NCBI RefSeq assembly: GCF_006345805.1
Contig: NC_043007.1
Coordinates: forward strand, 54,746,001 to 54,810,000
Reading direction: 5' to 3'
From: Octopus sinensis
Lineage: Eukaryota
DNA: 64,000 nt
The notes beneath the pieces are model-generated. The model searched no databases and was not told where the DNA came from. It saw only the letters and a program-made list of their open reading frames with translations. Position 1 is the first letter of the stretch, and the number at the start of each line of letters is the position of its first letter. The translations under genes were made by a program, and so were the position numbers. Below, piece by piece: positions 1-12,429 of the stretch.

Positions 1-2030
1 ATCCAGAATTGATAGAGGGGAAAAATTCTGAAGCTTGGATTTTTGGCTGAATGCTATTTTTCTGTTTTGCGGAATTTTGATCTGGGATCTGTAGAGAGCC
101 ATCCTTTGACATAGGCTGTCTTCTGTTTGGCCTATATATTGCTCTTGACACCCAGAGCAGGTTAGTGTGTATATCAGGTTCTCCGAATCACATGTGAAGC
201 TGCTTTACACTGTGAAACATTCCTGTTTGAAGGAGAACTCTGATCCCTCAATTAAACTGTCACATATCCCACAGTTGGGTCTTCTGCATTTATCACTGAC
301 GGCTTCAGTGTTGTTGAGCATATTTGAACTTGTGTTAAGAGACTTTTCATAGATTTGGGCTGTCTCTTGCTTTTTATGATGGTGTGTTTGGAGGATTAAG
401 TTCATTCTGTGATCCTTTTTTAACAGGGGAATGTTTTGAAGGATGGTGTTGAAGGCTTCATTGTTAAGAGGATTTATGTGAAGATGTATGGTAGGGCTTT
501 TAGTTGTAAATCCTTCTTTAATTTGGGATGTCTGAGTTCGTGGATGTTGAGTTGTAGGGCACGTTAAAACATATGTCAGTTAGTGAAGGTGGGTAGTTCC
601 TGGTGATGAGTGTATCCTTTAGTTCATATAGTCATGTGTCCCTGGTGCTTGCATTAGAAACTATAGTACAGATCCTTTTTGCTAGGTTGAGGGGGAATAT
701 TCATTCTGGTGTGTCTAGGGTGGCATGAGTTGAACGGTAGATATTGCTTGGAGTCTGTGGGTTTATAGTATATATCTAACAGCAAACCAAATCAATAAAC
801 ACTCCAAAGGACTCAAGTTTACACCCCCTAACGCCCCAACTACAACGAAATGAAAGAAGATATTGCAGAATTCTGTAGAAAATTGCGACTCGATGAGGAG
901 CTATACAACAAATACAATGAGGACTAATTGTTAGGCTGAAATAGAAGTAACTACATCCTTCAAAAGGTAAGAACAAAACACTTGATCATTTCTGTGAATA
1001 CATCTCGAATTACCTATATCAACATATGCGCAAACAAAAACACAAACCAAACTTCAGCAAAAAAGAATGGGCTGAGGCTGAACAAATTAAAAGATGACAA
1101 AGCAATAACAATCAAAGAGGCTGATAAAGCAAGTACAGTTGTCTTAATGGACATAGTATACTATATAACTCTAGTACTATCCATGGAAGACACAAGCTCG
1201 AATATGCTTAACAACAACACTGAAGCCGTCAGTAAAAGAATGCAGAAGTCCCAACTGAAGGATATGCATCAATTTAATTGAGGGATCAGAGTTCTCCTTC
1301 AAACAGGGACAATGTTTTACAGTGAAAAGCAGCTTCACATGTGCTTCGGAGAAGCTGATATATGCACTTACCAGCTCTGGGTGTCAAGAGCAATACATAG
1401 GCCAAACAAAAGACAGTCTATGTCAAAGGAGACTGATCCCAGATCAAAATTCTGCAAAACAGAAAAATAGCATTCAGCCAACACATTGACATTCACGCCA
1501 ATAACAAAAATCCAAGCTTCAGAATGTTTCCCCTCTATCAATTGGGGGCCGATACAACCTGTAGCCAATGAATTTATCACAAAATACAGACCACTTTTGA
1601 ATGCGTCTACAACAAATGATATATCCACAACGACCTTAGAATAACACATATACAAATATTAAAAATGATACATTCAAAAGAGATACCCAAGAATTCATTA
1701 AAAACAGTCCCAATCACTGCTATAACCCACAACAAACTACTTTTAGGTCACTTGACTATTTAACATCCTACTACTATCATACCATCCAGCATTTTTTTTG
1801 TTATTCTTTCTCTCCTTCTTCGTCTTCTTCTCCGCCACCTCCTTCCTTACTTTACTACTACTGCTGTTTAGAATAACACCTACACAAATATTATAAACAA
1901 TACATTCAAAAGAGATATCTCAAGAATTCAATCACTACTACCATCCACAACAAGTTACTTACAGGGCACTTGACCATTTAACATCCTACTACTATCATAC
2001 CACTCCCACATTCTTTTCTTCTTCTCTGCA
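1..2030. mobile_element. Decayed, internally inverted Penelope-like element
   Basis: 1-345 is the reverse complement of about 1185-1545 (GIY-YIG region: C..PNCGIC, QYIGQT). + strand 780-1170 encodes a PLE N-terminus (LKDDKAITIKEADKAS.VVLMD..YY). About 150-bp direct repeats at 1640-1790 and 1866-2010. Confidence 0.75.
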
Positions 2031-3339
2031 AAGAATTCACAAGGACCTTGAACCCACAAGAGAGGCAGAGACAGATGGAAACAAGGAAAATGTCTCATGT
2101 ATTTGAATACTATGCAAATATTTGTTTGAAAAACTTTTCATTTAATTTTTCCAAAATTTAATTGTTTTCCATACTTAGAGTTGAGAAAGTCTGAATGACT
2201 GAAACTGGTACTAAAGTGTTTTTTATAAAATCATTTCAACATTTTCTACCTTGACTTTTTTTTCCCGTAAATATAGATGAGAGCCTGCTTCTTATAATAA
2301 ATTTCACTTGATATAGTGTTATTTGTAATACAATATCTTGAAGTAATGTATACCTGGACAAGAGTACTGTATACATGAGATTCTTTGCAGAAGATCCATT
2401 TTCATTCTTCTGTTTTGCCATAATGCTAAGTCCATTGAAATTTTCTCTCTCTAAACATAAATATAAAAGTTGAAAATAGAAGCTTTTTTCATTATTTTTA
2501 GAAAGATGACAACTTTTAACAGTATTAGCCCTTTGTTTGAAATAATGAATTAAAATACAATACAGTTACTTGAAATTAGCACTCTGTATGTACTTGTGTA
2601 TGTTCTGTATGTATGTACATATGTGTGTGCTTGTGTACATAATTGTATATATGTTTTTGTGGACACGTGTATCCATACATGTACATGCTTATATATGTGT
2701 GTATATGTAAGTCTTATGATTCCAAGTTAAGCCAAGGAGTGATAGAAGTGCTAGTTAAGGCAAGCATCTCAAACAGTCCTTGACAACCAAGTCCAACTCT
2801 TGGCCTTGTGTGACTTCACATCTAAATTTAGTGGAACTGACTGCTTGTACTGACAGAATGGGCAATGATACTTAAAACCAGTGCTTTGGGAAGATAGGGC
2901 TTGTGAGCTTGAGAAGGCAGTTCATCTAAGAAAGTGCTGACTCTAATTTTGAACCTCTGCTGCATTGCTGCCATACCCATTCATGGGGAAGGTTTCGGGA
3001 GTAAACCCTGGGGTAAAATCTGGAGCTGAAATCCCTAAGACAGTCTAAAGTCACATCTTACTTTCTTCTGGTAACTTCTGTAACAACATTAGTACCAAGT
3101 TAATAACTCTTACCCTTCCCTTGGACAACATCTATGGCATGGAGAGAGGAGACCTGCTGCATGGGTCACCCATGATAATCCTACCAAGATTTGGGTCCTG
3201 GAGGGGCACTCCAACATTTTTTCACTGTGATAGGCACAGCGTAGAAAACAGTAGTCTGCTAGTTGTAATTCTCTACTCAAATGGCATACATCTAGGTACC
3301 AGGAGCAGCTTTTGATGGAGAGAGAGAGAGATAGAGAGA

Positions 3340-4300
3340 GAGGTCATTGTGTCTTATTGGAAACAGATACTTCAAGTTGAACAAACCCCAGCCAATTAGG
3401 TGCTGTCCTACCACAGATGGTAAATACTACACCACAAAACTACAATACTGCATAATAAGAATAGAAAAAGCCAACTCCGAGATTAGGATCCTGGAATATA
3501 CAGAACATAATGATGAGACCATCAGATAACCTTTTGAAAATCAGAGATGCTTGGAAGAAATGCTTAAAATTTCATGTAGGCATCACAATACTATAAGAGA
3601 CAAGTGTTGCAGAATCAGGAACTCTGTGTGAGAGAAACTATCCCTCTTTTCTGGCAGAGAAAGGGATTAGATAAGACTAAAAGCTCATTGCTGAAGATGG
3701 CATTGAATAGATTTTCTCACTTCGGCCCCATACATTCTGTGAACCTATCAACTTTGTCAGTGTCCAGGTTCTGATACTCTACTGTACATATGATATCAAG
3801 GGCCTATACTTAAAGACAATTCAAGAGAACCCCAAATCAGGAACAGCTGCTGCTGCCTGGTAACTTCAACAGTAGAGTAGACACTAACTACTACTCCTGA
3901 TCAAGCTACCTGGGGTGGTATTGGGTTGTCAACATAATTGACAATAGTTAATGATTGCTTGAGCCCCCCCCCCTGTATCATTAGCACTTCCAGAATAAGC
4001 CCAGCATAAAGTGTTTTGGAGACACTTCTACATCAAACACTTGCACCAACTAGATCTGATACTCACAAGATGCTGGCACTTGAGAAGTAACTTGATCCTT
4101 TCAGAATGCTAGCGGTGACATGGATCACTCTTTCATCTGGTGATTGGAGGCTCTAAGTTCTAATTGTGTGAGTGATGTGGACATGCTTAAAAGGATGGTT
4201 TCAGTTGCCCTTTAAGCTGTCTCTAATGATCAGGAGTGCTGCCAGAGATGGTATATTGTATCAGCTCTACATGATATACTTTATACTCCTCACTCTCAGT
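3340..4300 (+). mobile_element. Degraded RTE-type LINE, AP-endonuclease region
   Basis: Fragmentary LLLPGNFNSRV-like motif near 3845 and other scattered remnants; many stops. Confidence 0.45.
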
Positions 4301-4316
4301 TTGTGGTTTTCATCAT

Positions 4317-4620
4317 CATCATCATCATTTAATGTCCATGGTCCCTACTGGCTTGGGTTGGACGGTTTAACCATGCTGGAAGACTGCACCAGATTCCAGT
4401 CTGATTTGGCATGGTTTTCTATGGCTGGATGCCCTTCCTAATGCCAACCACTCCAAGAGTATAATGGGTGCTTTTATATGACACCAGGGTGCTTTTACAT
4501 GCCATTGGCATGGGTGTCAATTTGTATGACACCGGTATCTGCCATGACTGCAATTTTGCTCAGCTTAATGGGTCTTTTTCTCAAGCACGACATAATGCCA
4601 AAGGTCTTGGTCATTGCCTC
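4317..4620 (-). repeat. RTE-LINE 3' tail repeat ((GAT)n tail family)
   Basis: catcatcat...tttaatgtcc...gggttggacgg...gctggatgcccttcctaatgccaaccactcc, shared with many copies in the window. Confidence 0.8.
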
Positions 4621-5225
4621 TGCGAGGCCCAACACTTGAAAGAAGCTCTGCCACTTTGCCTCTGTTTATTTATTTAAAAGAAATCAGATATAGCAATCTT
4701 GGTGTATATTAGGTACAAAGTTAAAACTTTTGCAATTAACATGGTGAAACATTTTGTAATTTCACAGTAAGGGTGTTATAAAAAGAAGTTTTACATAGAT
4801 AGACACAGATAGGCAACCTTTTTTGTGTTTTTAGCTAATAACATGATTTTATCATAGACTACTTAAACAAATAATTAAATAGCATTACCCTGATCTTATT
4901 CTGTTTTGGACAGTTAAAGTTTTATCACAATTCCACCTACATACTTGCTCCTAAGTAACTACAGCCATATTTGTTACATTTCATGGTGAGATTTTTGTAT
5001 TGTATCAATCTGACTTTTAAGCAGAAATATTGATTTATTTATTGTGTTGCTATAGATTGGGACTACATGATAAAAACATCTGATAGATGTTTCCTAGAAA
5101 CTTGATACAATTTAGTGTCATGTCAAGGGATTGATGTGGTGCCGTTACCTTGTTGAATTATCTGCCAAATCATAGGAAAAAATATTCTAGAAGTGTTTGG
5201 AAATCAAGTAAACATAGTACAAAAC

Positions 5226-6135
5226 GTTGTTGTTGTTGTTGGCATCCTTTTTGTCTTGGGAGACAATGGAATTGTGCATAAAATAATCTAGTCTGGCTTT
5301 TACATTTCATGTCCTAATACATCTGCTGTGGCTGTGTAGTCCTATCCTGGACAAACACTCCCTCTGACAGGTGCCGCAAATGTAGTGAAGACTTTGCCTG
5401 GCTGGTTGTAATGTCATAGTTTCTTGTCTTTCCATTTCTCCTCTCTCTCTCTGTCACTCCTTTGTGTTCCCTCTTTTACGGTACGTTGCCAATCTCCACG
5501 GTTGCTGGTAACTGCTTCCCAGTTGCTAATATTGATGTTGCAGGCCTTCATGTCCCTTTTGAAAACATCCTTGTATCGTAAGAACGGTTTTCCCACAGAC
5601 CTAGTGCCCCTAGCAAGCTCTCCGTAGAGTATGTCCTTGGGGATTCTGCCATCTTCCATACGGCTAACATGTCCAAGCCATCTCATATGTCTTTGTGTGA
5701 GGAGTGCAAACATGCTTGGTATTCCTGTTTGCTTGAGGACATCTTTGTTGGGGACATGATTCTGCCATTTGATGCGAAGGATTTTCCGGAGGCAGCGCAG
5801 GTGAAAGATATTTAGGTAACGCTCTTGGTGTGTGTATGGCGTCCAAGTCTCACTTCCATACAGTAGAGTGCTAAGTACACATGCCTGGTAAATCTTCATT
5901 TTTGTGGTCCTGGTCAGCTTATTGATGTTCCATGCCCGTTTGGAGAGTTGGGCCATCACAGCAGCTGCCTTGCCAATGCATATATTAAGCCCAGCATCAA
6001 GGGATAGGTTGTAGGTGATGGTAGAGTCAAGATAGGTAAACTTCTCCACCTACTGTAGTCTGTGGTCTCCAATATCTATGTTTGGGATGTCCGATGTAGC
6101 CTGACCCATGATGTTGGTCTTCTTGAGGCTGCTTT
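5226..6135 (-). mobile_element. 5'-truncated RTE (BovB-like) LINE: RT C-terminus and (CAA)n tail
   Basis: ORF 5414-6049: FTYLDS.I...K..IYQACVLSTLLYGSETW...HLRCLRKIL.IKW...RWLGHV.RMEDGRIPK.ILYGEL. gttgttgtt tail near 5227. Confidence 0.88.
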
Positions 6136-6139
6136 GGGA

Positions 6140-6640
6140 CATTTTGGTTGGAGAAAGTAATAAGAATGCTGCACATGACAAGGCTGCTAAGCCCAATAAC
6201 TATGTTGCAAAAAAAATGGTATGACACGACAGTAAAAGAGATAAAGGCTTTCTTTGGTTGTAGAGTTGCTATAGAGATGTTTGTTCATATGAACAGTACT
6301 GGCATACAAAAGGCGTTTTTTTTTTACATTAGCTCCAGGATTTGGGCAGGTCATGGTAAGAGACAGGTTTTTAGCTATATGGTCAATGTTACACTGTGTT
6401 GACAAGGATGATCCTAATGTAAATAAAAAAGACAAAATATATAAGTTATAGCGAATTATTGATTATATCTTGCCATGGTTTCAAAAACATTTTGTGCTTG
6501 AATGTGAGCTATCCTTAGATGAAGGCATGATTTCGACCGAAAATGCCTTCACCATTTTGTACCCTTGTGTTGTGAAACAAGCATGTCTTTTAGCAAATAT
6601 TCTAGAATTAAAAAATTTTCAGTGAAACTCGCTGGAAGCT
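6140..6640 (+). mobile_element. piggyBac-like transposase remnant
   Basis: W.DTT..EIKAFFG and DKIYKL...ELSLDEGMI fragments in shifting frames. Confidence 0.55.
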
Positions 6641-7183
6641 TAGAGTGGTGCATTCATTTCCTGTGGGTGGTTAGGGTTCAAAGGTTAAATGGTGTTTAAA
6701 TGAGGTATTGAAGAAATCAAACTTACTATTTCTGTTGGTACTAAGATATAGATACTAACAAAGACTGGAATGGAACCCTGAAAAGTAAGGAGAATAGCCA
6801 AAGTATTAAGATGTAATCTTTACTTTGTAAAGTTTCTTTTTTGCTTTCTTCAGTTTCTTTTCTTATTATACTGAAACTAGGTCTTTACCTATCGCTACAC
6901 TGTCAGTAAAAATATTTGTTAATCATGCACATACCTTTTAATAGTAGACTGTTATATAGTGAAAGTCTCATTAGTTACTATAGTGACAACAGTCTACCCA
7001 TCTATTTATCTTTCACATACACACACACACATTCTCTCTCACTGAATTTCTTTCTCAACAACAACCTGTCCTTATAGTGAAAGTGTTTTTGTTTTTAAAG
7101 TATGTGTTGCATTGTCTCTGTTAAAAGACAGAAGCACACAGAAATACCCACACACAAACAACCCCAAAATAACTATATTGTTA

Positions 7184-7350
7184 AAAGCACCCACTACACT
7201 CTCGGAGTGGTCGGCGTTAGGAAGGGCATCCAGCTGTAGAAACTCTGCCAGATCAGATTGGAGCCTGGTGCAGCCATCTGGTTTGCCAGTCCTCAGTCAA
7301 ATCGTCCAACCCATGCTAGCATGGAAAGCGGACGTTAAACGATGATGATG
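7184..7350 (+). repeat. RTE-LINE 3' tail repeat
   Basis: aaaagcacccactacactctcggagtgg...aggaagggcatccagc...ccatgctagcatggaaagcggacgttaaacgatgatgatg. Confidence 0.85.
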
Positions 7351-8583
7351 TTATATAGTGAAAGTTTTTTTAAGCTGTGTTGTGTTACTATGGTGACAGC
7401 ACTACCTACCTACCTATTTATCTGTCTATCACACACACCCACTCACTGTATTTCTCTCTCAACTTTTCTCCTCCCCTTCTTCTAAAAATACATTGTGACA
7501 TATTTTGATTCCTTCCATCCTTTTCCTCCCTCTAATTGATGTTGTGACAGACACACTGAGATCTGCTTCTCTTTTATAATATAAGATCTATGTAAAATGA
7601 CATTTATAGATAGATATATAAATCGTTCTATAAATATTTACCTTTCAATATATAAGGGGAAATAATGAAAACTAAAATTTATATGTTTAAAAATTTATCA
7701 AAAACATAAAAAACTAACAAAAGAGTATTCAAATTTCAGATTATGATTGACATTTTCATAGAAATTGATTTTGTATTCAGAATTATAACTATCCATTACA
7801 ATTCTAATGTGTTAGTTTATATTTCTATATTCTTTCTTTTTCAGTTTTTTTTCTCCTTGGATAAATTTTTTTGCAATTTGACACTTATTTGGATCTGTCA
7901 TAATGTATTCTTCACAACAGAATTAAATGTATTGTGGTATGTGAGCTATTCTCATGGTTATCTCTCCTATATTCCTGGAACTATCATATTTATGTTCCAG
8001 TTTAAACAAAACTGGATAAAAAAATGTCCCAAGAATTATTTGCTGCAATTATTCAATTCCTACTTAACTCCATGAGTTCAGAAACAATTGCCTTTGCAAT
8101 GTTGAATGAAAACCAAACAATGGTTACAAACTGAAACTAAAATAGCAGAATGAGGTAATCTTTTGACCTTCTGGCTTGGATGATGGCAATGAATTGATTG
8201 GTGATGAATTGTTCTAGTGCCTGTAGGACATTACAACTGTGAATCATACTTAGTTTCAGCAGATTACTTATGTGTCATAGGTCCTCACTCAAAATAGACT
8301 TAGGGCTACACACCAAAAAACTTTTTGTTATTCTGTCACTGGAGTTGGTAAACTTTTTTTAGGGTAGGCCAGATTGAAAATGTTTGTCTTGCCAGCCAAA
8401 AACAAGATAAAACCATTATCACTTAAGACTATTGAAGTAGCTTGTTTTTAATTATTTTAATGTTTCTTTTTTATTATAAACATCTAACATAGAATAAAAT
8501 ATATGTTTTTCGCAGATGATGTAATGAATAATGAAAGGAGTAGGTGTTTCTTAAGAACGTAACATCAGTTAATTACATTTCTA

Positions 8584-8694
8584 AAAATATTTTTGTCAAG
8601 CCATAGAAAATATTTTTGTCAAGCCATAGGAAATACTTTTGTCAAGCCATAGGAAATACTTTTGTCAAGCCATAGGAAATATTTTTGTCAAACC
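8584..8694. repeat. 23-bp minisatellite, about 5 copies
   Basis: Unit aaaatatttttgtcaagccatag with minor variants. Confidence 0.9.
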
Positions 8695-9509
8695 AATGAA
8701 TTAGAACAATGAAAATAATGTAATACTAGAGATATAACAGTATGATATGAGAAAATAATAGCTACAATTTATTCAAGACAATTGTCACACTATATAATGG
8801 CACAAGTCAGAGTTTACTGATCCCTGCTCTAGCATAAATTCTGCTTAGTCTACATGATAATGTATATTTATGGTCTAATGACAACTGTATGTAAGGCAAA
8901 AGAGTCAAAGTGATATAAAGATTGTGTAAACCTTTTACTAACAGCTGCAACATCTTAACTGAATTCAATTAATTGAAACTTGCACTTAAAAATGCCATGT
9001 ATCAATCATTTCTATTAAATGTATCAGTATATTTTTCTTTTATCCATTTTAAGTGCCACTTGTGAAAAAAGTTATCTTTTAAATGACAACAGCTGAAAAT
9101 TTTATTTCCTTTTAACCATGTGACATTACATATAGCTCTTATAGCACTGAAGATGAATTATAGTTGATTCAGCAATTTTTAAATGTTACTTCTATAAAGT
9201 AAATTTAATTTAGATGTCAGATGGAGATATTAATGGTAATCTTCTTGAATGCAATGTTATTAATTTAAGATTCTTTGATATAATTTTTCTTATACATCAC
9301 TAGAGTTCCTGAGAAATTTATGAACATCATTGTCCTCTATTACTAAAGATTGCTGATTATATAATTAATAAATATCGTAGTAAACTCATGGCTAGCTAAT
9401 TCTGGTTTTCATTCTTTCTTAAAGATATTTTAATTAATTTTCATCACTGATGTTCCTGGGAATGCTGTTGCTGTCATAATATTAACTTGCATTTTTGTTC
9501 TACTTGAAC

Positions 9510-11190
9510 AAAGAATAATCAGAAAGCAGATAAGACTCTCTTTCTGTCAGGTAAATGGTCCTGCTCAATATGTAGGAAAGGAGTTGGAAGTAATTCGTTG
9601 CACCCAGTGTAAGCTATGGACACATAAGAGGTGCAGTGGAATCTCAGGTAGATTGACAGATGAAGTCATCTTTGTATGTGGCAGATGTGCAGGACCAATG
9701 AACACCAAGGGCATACAGGACTTAGACTGTCTCAAATGCCCAGGAGGCTCTCTTGAGGTTGTAGATAGTTTCTGTTACCTAGGTGACCAAATTAGCTCTG
9801 GAAGTATTGTTTCTAGAATAAGAATAGGATGGAGGAAGTTCAGAGAACTATTACCTCTGTTGGCAACAAAAGAACTCTCTCTTAGACTGAAAGGTAGATT
9901 GCATAATGCTTGTGTGCGGATGGCTATACCCCATGGTAGTGAGACATGGGCCTGAATGCATAAGACATGTGTAGATTAGAGGGAAATGAAGGCAGTATGC
10001 TCTGTTAGATGTGTAACATCAGTGTGTATGTACATACACACTGATGAAGACAGCTGTATAAAGTGTTGATAACTGAAAGTGAATGGTACCTGTGGAAGAG
10101 GGAGATCCAGGAAGACATGGGATGATGTGGTTAGGACTGGTCTCAGGTCGTTGAGCCTCATGGAAGAAATGACAATGGATCGAGATGTCTGGCGATATGA
10201 TGTTTTTCAGAAGAACTGCCTATGTCAGCAAAACAGTTCTAGAAGTGCTGTGTTCTATCCACATGTAACAATGAAACTTTCCATACACCCCATCCCAACA
10301 AACCAAACTACATCTCTTCTCTTTCTCACATTTACTCTTCATGCATTATGCTTATCTCTCACTCCCCAATCCTATCCTCATGGCCCTTCTCACTGTATCA
10401 TTGCTATCCTGTAGTCCCCACCTCCTCTATATACCCAGGTTTTCTCTAGTCACTGCACTACTCTTGGCCCTTATGCTTCCTTAGTAACACACTCCCACTT
10501 ATACTATGACTTCCATAGCTTGAGGGTATGCTCTAGCACTTGCCACCACCTATCTCTCTCTACTATCCCTGTTCCTTATGAGTATGCCCCGGCACTTCAC
10601 TACCATCTCTCTCCTGCTCTGTCTTGCACTCTTGCTGTCTCTATCTCTCTCCCTCCCCTCTCTCTTTCTTTCTTTCTCTCTCTAACTCTTCCCTCAGGTT
10701 GGATAGCCATGTATCCCCTTTACAGCAGCACACCTGTTTCTGATCTCATTCTTGATCACTCTCTCTCTCTCTCAGACTGGGTACCATGTACCTCATCTAC
10801 AACAAGACACTTGTCCATGTCTCTCTGTCACACTCAAACCTTTTGACACAAGATCACCTCTTCTAGTTCCCCCTCTCCCCTCAAAGGATCTTTGTCTTGC
10901 AAGTTACTTGGTGAAACTGCCAGTGTTGGTGACCCACAAAAGGCATCCAGTTCACACTGTAAAGTGGTTGACATTTGGAAGGGCATCCAGCTGTAAAAAC
11001 CATACCAAAACCTTGCCTGTGTTTATGCCATGTAAAAAGCACTCTGTTCATCTGCTGGGTGGTTAATATTAGGAAGGGCACCCAGCTGTAAAAACTGTGC
11101 CAAAACAGATGCAGCAGTCTGGTGCAGGCTCCTGCCTGGCCAGCTCCTGTCAAACCATTCGACCCATGCCATGATGATGATGATGATGAA
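9510..11190 (+). mobile_element. 5'-truncated RTE LINE (RT C-terminus, 3' UTR, (GAT)n tail)
   Basis: CTQCKLWTHKRCSGI...VVDSFCYLGDQIS...RIRIGWRKFRELLPLL...GSETWA, homologous to 38575-39400. Tail ends at atgatgatg near 11170-11190. Confidence 0.85.
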
Positions 11191-11224
11191 ATCTGAAAGC
11201 TTTAGTATTTATTTTCTAACAGCC

Positions 11225-11456
11225 TGTTTGTTTGTTTTTGTTTTTGTTTTTCCAGTTTCAGCTCTTGAGCTGTGGCCATGCTGGGGCACCGCCATTGTGG
11301 TGAAAGAGTACAGCAGGGATCACCACCCCCTGCCGGAGCCTCGTAGAGCTTTTAGGTGTTTTCGCTCAATAAACACACACAACGCCCGGTCTGAGAATCG
11401 AAACCGCGATCCTGCGACCGCGAGTCCGCTGCCCTAACCACTAGGCCATTGCGCCT
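11225..11456 (-). mobile_element. tRNA-derived SINE
   Basis: Minus strand starts aggcgcaaTGGCCTAGTGG (A box) and has GGTTTCGATTC (B box). Tail ggcggtgccccagcatggccacagctcaagagctgaaac plus (aaac)n. Confidence 0.8.
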
Positions 11457-12429
11457 CTGTGCATATTTTGTATGATAATTTTCACTGAAAATTATATATT
11501 CTTTTGTTTTTTGACAAACATTTCCCTTTTTTTTATGATACTTTGTAATACATGAAGGCATTAGGGTTGAAGAAGTGGAAGCCTTTGAATTAGCATCAGA
11601 ACAAAGAAATAATTCTTGACTCTGTTGTTTAAAACCAGGTTCAATAGAAATTTATTATACTGCTTTACTTTTGTGGAGCAGGTTTCTTTATATTGTGATC
11701 CTTCAAACAGATTTACTTTTTAATGTCAAAACTGAATGTTTAATCATTTTATAGGTCTAATAATTAAGTGAACTACTGTTTCTAAAGTGTTTGTTGTTTA
11801 GTTCATAAATGGACCTTGTTCTTTGATTATAATAATTTTAAAAATTAAAGTCTTATTCTGTTTTATGTTGCACATTATATTTGTAATTTTGAAAATTTGC
11901 AATATTTTATTGAGCCAGAATTACTACCAATTTATATATGTGTCCTAGAGTCAGATGCAACTGATATATCTGCAAATCACTTATTGTAAAATGGTAAAAG
12001 GAAAGATGTTCAATTATAAAACCAGATACAATTCCATATTTCTAGATAGTTCCCAAAGAAACATGGTTCTATTTAACAAACCCATTCCAGTGATATAAAT
12101 ATGAAAAAGAAAAAAGAACAGAAATAAACTTCCTTCCCCCCATTTTTATTTTTTTACTGGTTTCAGTTTTTTGGGGGCTGTAGCCATTGTAAGACATTGT
12201 CTTCAAGGCTTGTACTCAATTGTTACAACCTCAGTACATTGCCTGGTACTTCTTTTCTCAATTTTATAAAGGAGGAAATGCTAAGTTCGTTTCAGTATGA
12301 TGAGCTATAACTTGGACTGAAAACCACAATGGAAATTTGTTCAATGTACTGACTTAACCGCAATCCTTGTTGATACATATATATATCCTTTTATCACTTT
12401 GATTCTACCCTTCCAAGGTGCCACGCAAA

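Noticed and set aside
2020-2085. Possible degenerate hammerhead after the first PLE (ctgcaaaga...ggaaac)
   Set aside because: No CUGANGA core and no consistent stems.
2940-3060. Structured-looking sequence upstream of the RTE remnant (possible HDV-like or twister ribozyme)
   Set aside because: Neither pseudoknot could be built by hand; it would need a covariance-model search.
8584-8694. CRISPR-like array
   Set aside because: Head-to-tail 23-bp units with no unique spacers, in eukaryotic DNA.
9434-9550. Hydrophobic frame (AVAVIILTCIFVLL) ending CAG|gtaaat as a possible QPCT first exon
   Set aside because: There is no in-frame ATG (TAA at 9431), and the apparent donor is LINE coding sequence (SGKWSCSIC), homologous to about 39340-39390.
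11385-11456. tRNA gene
   Set aside because: A and B boxes are present but there is no cloverleaf; it continues into a SINE body and tail and recurs at 28780-28945.
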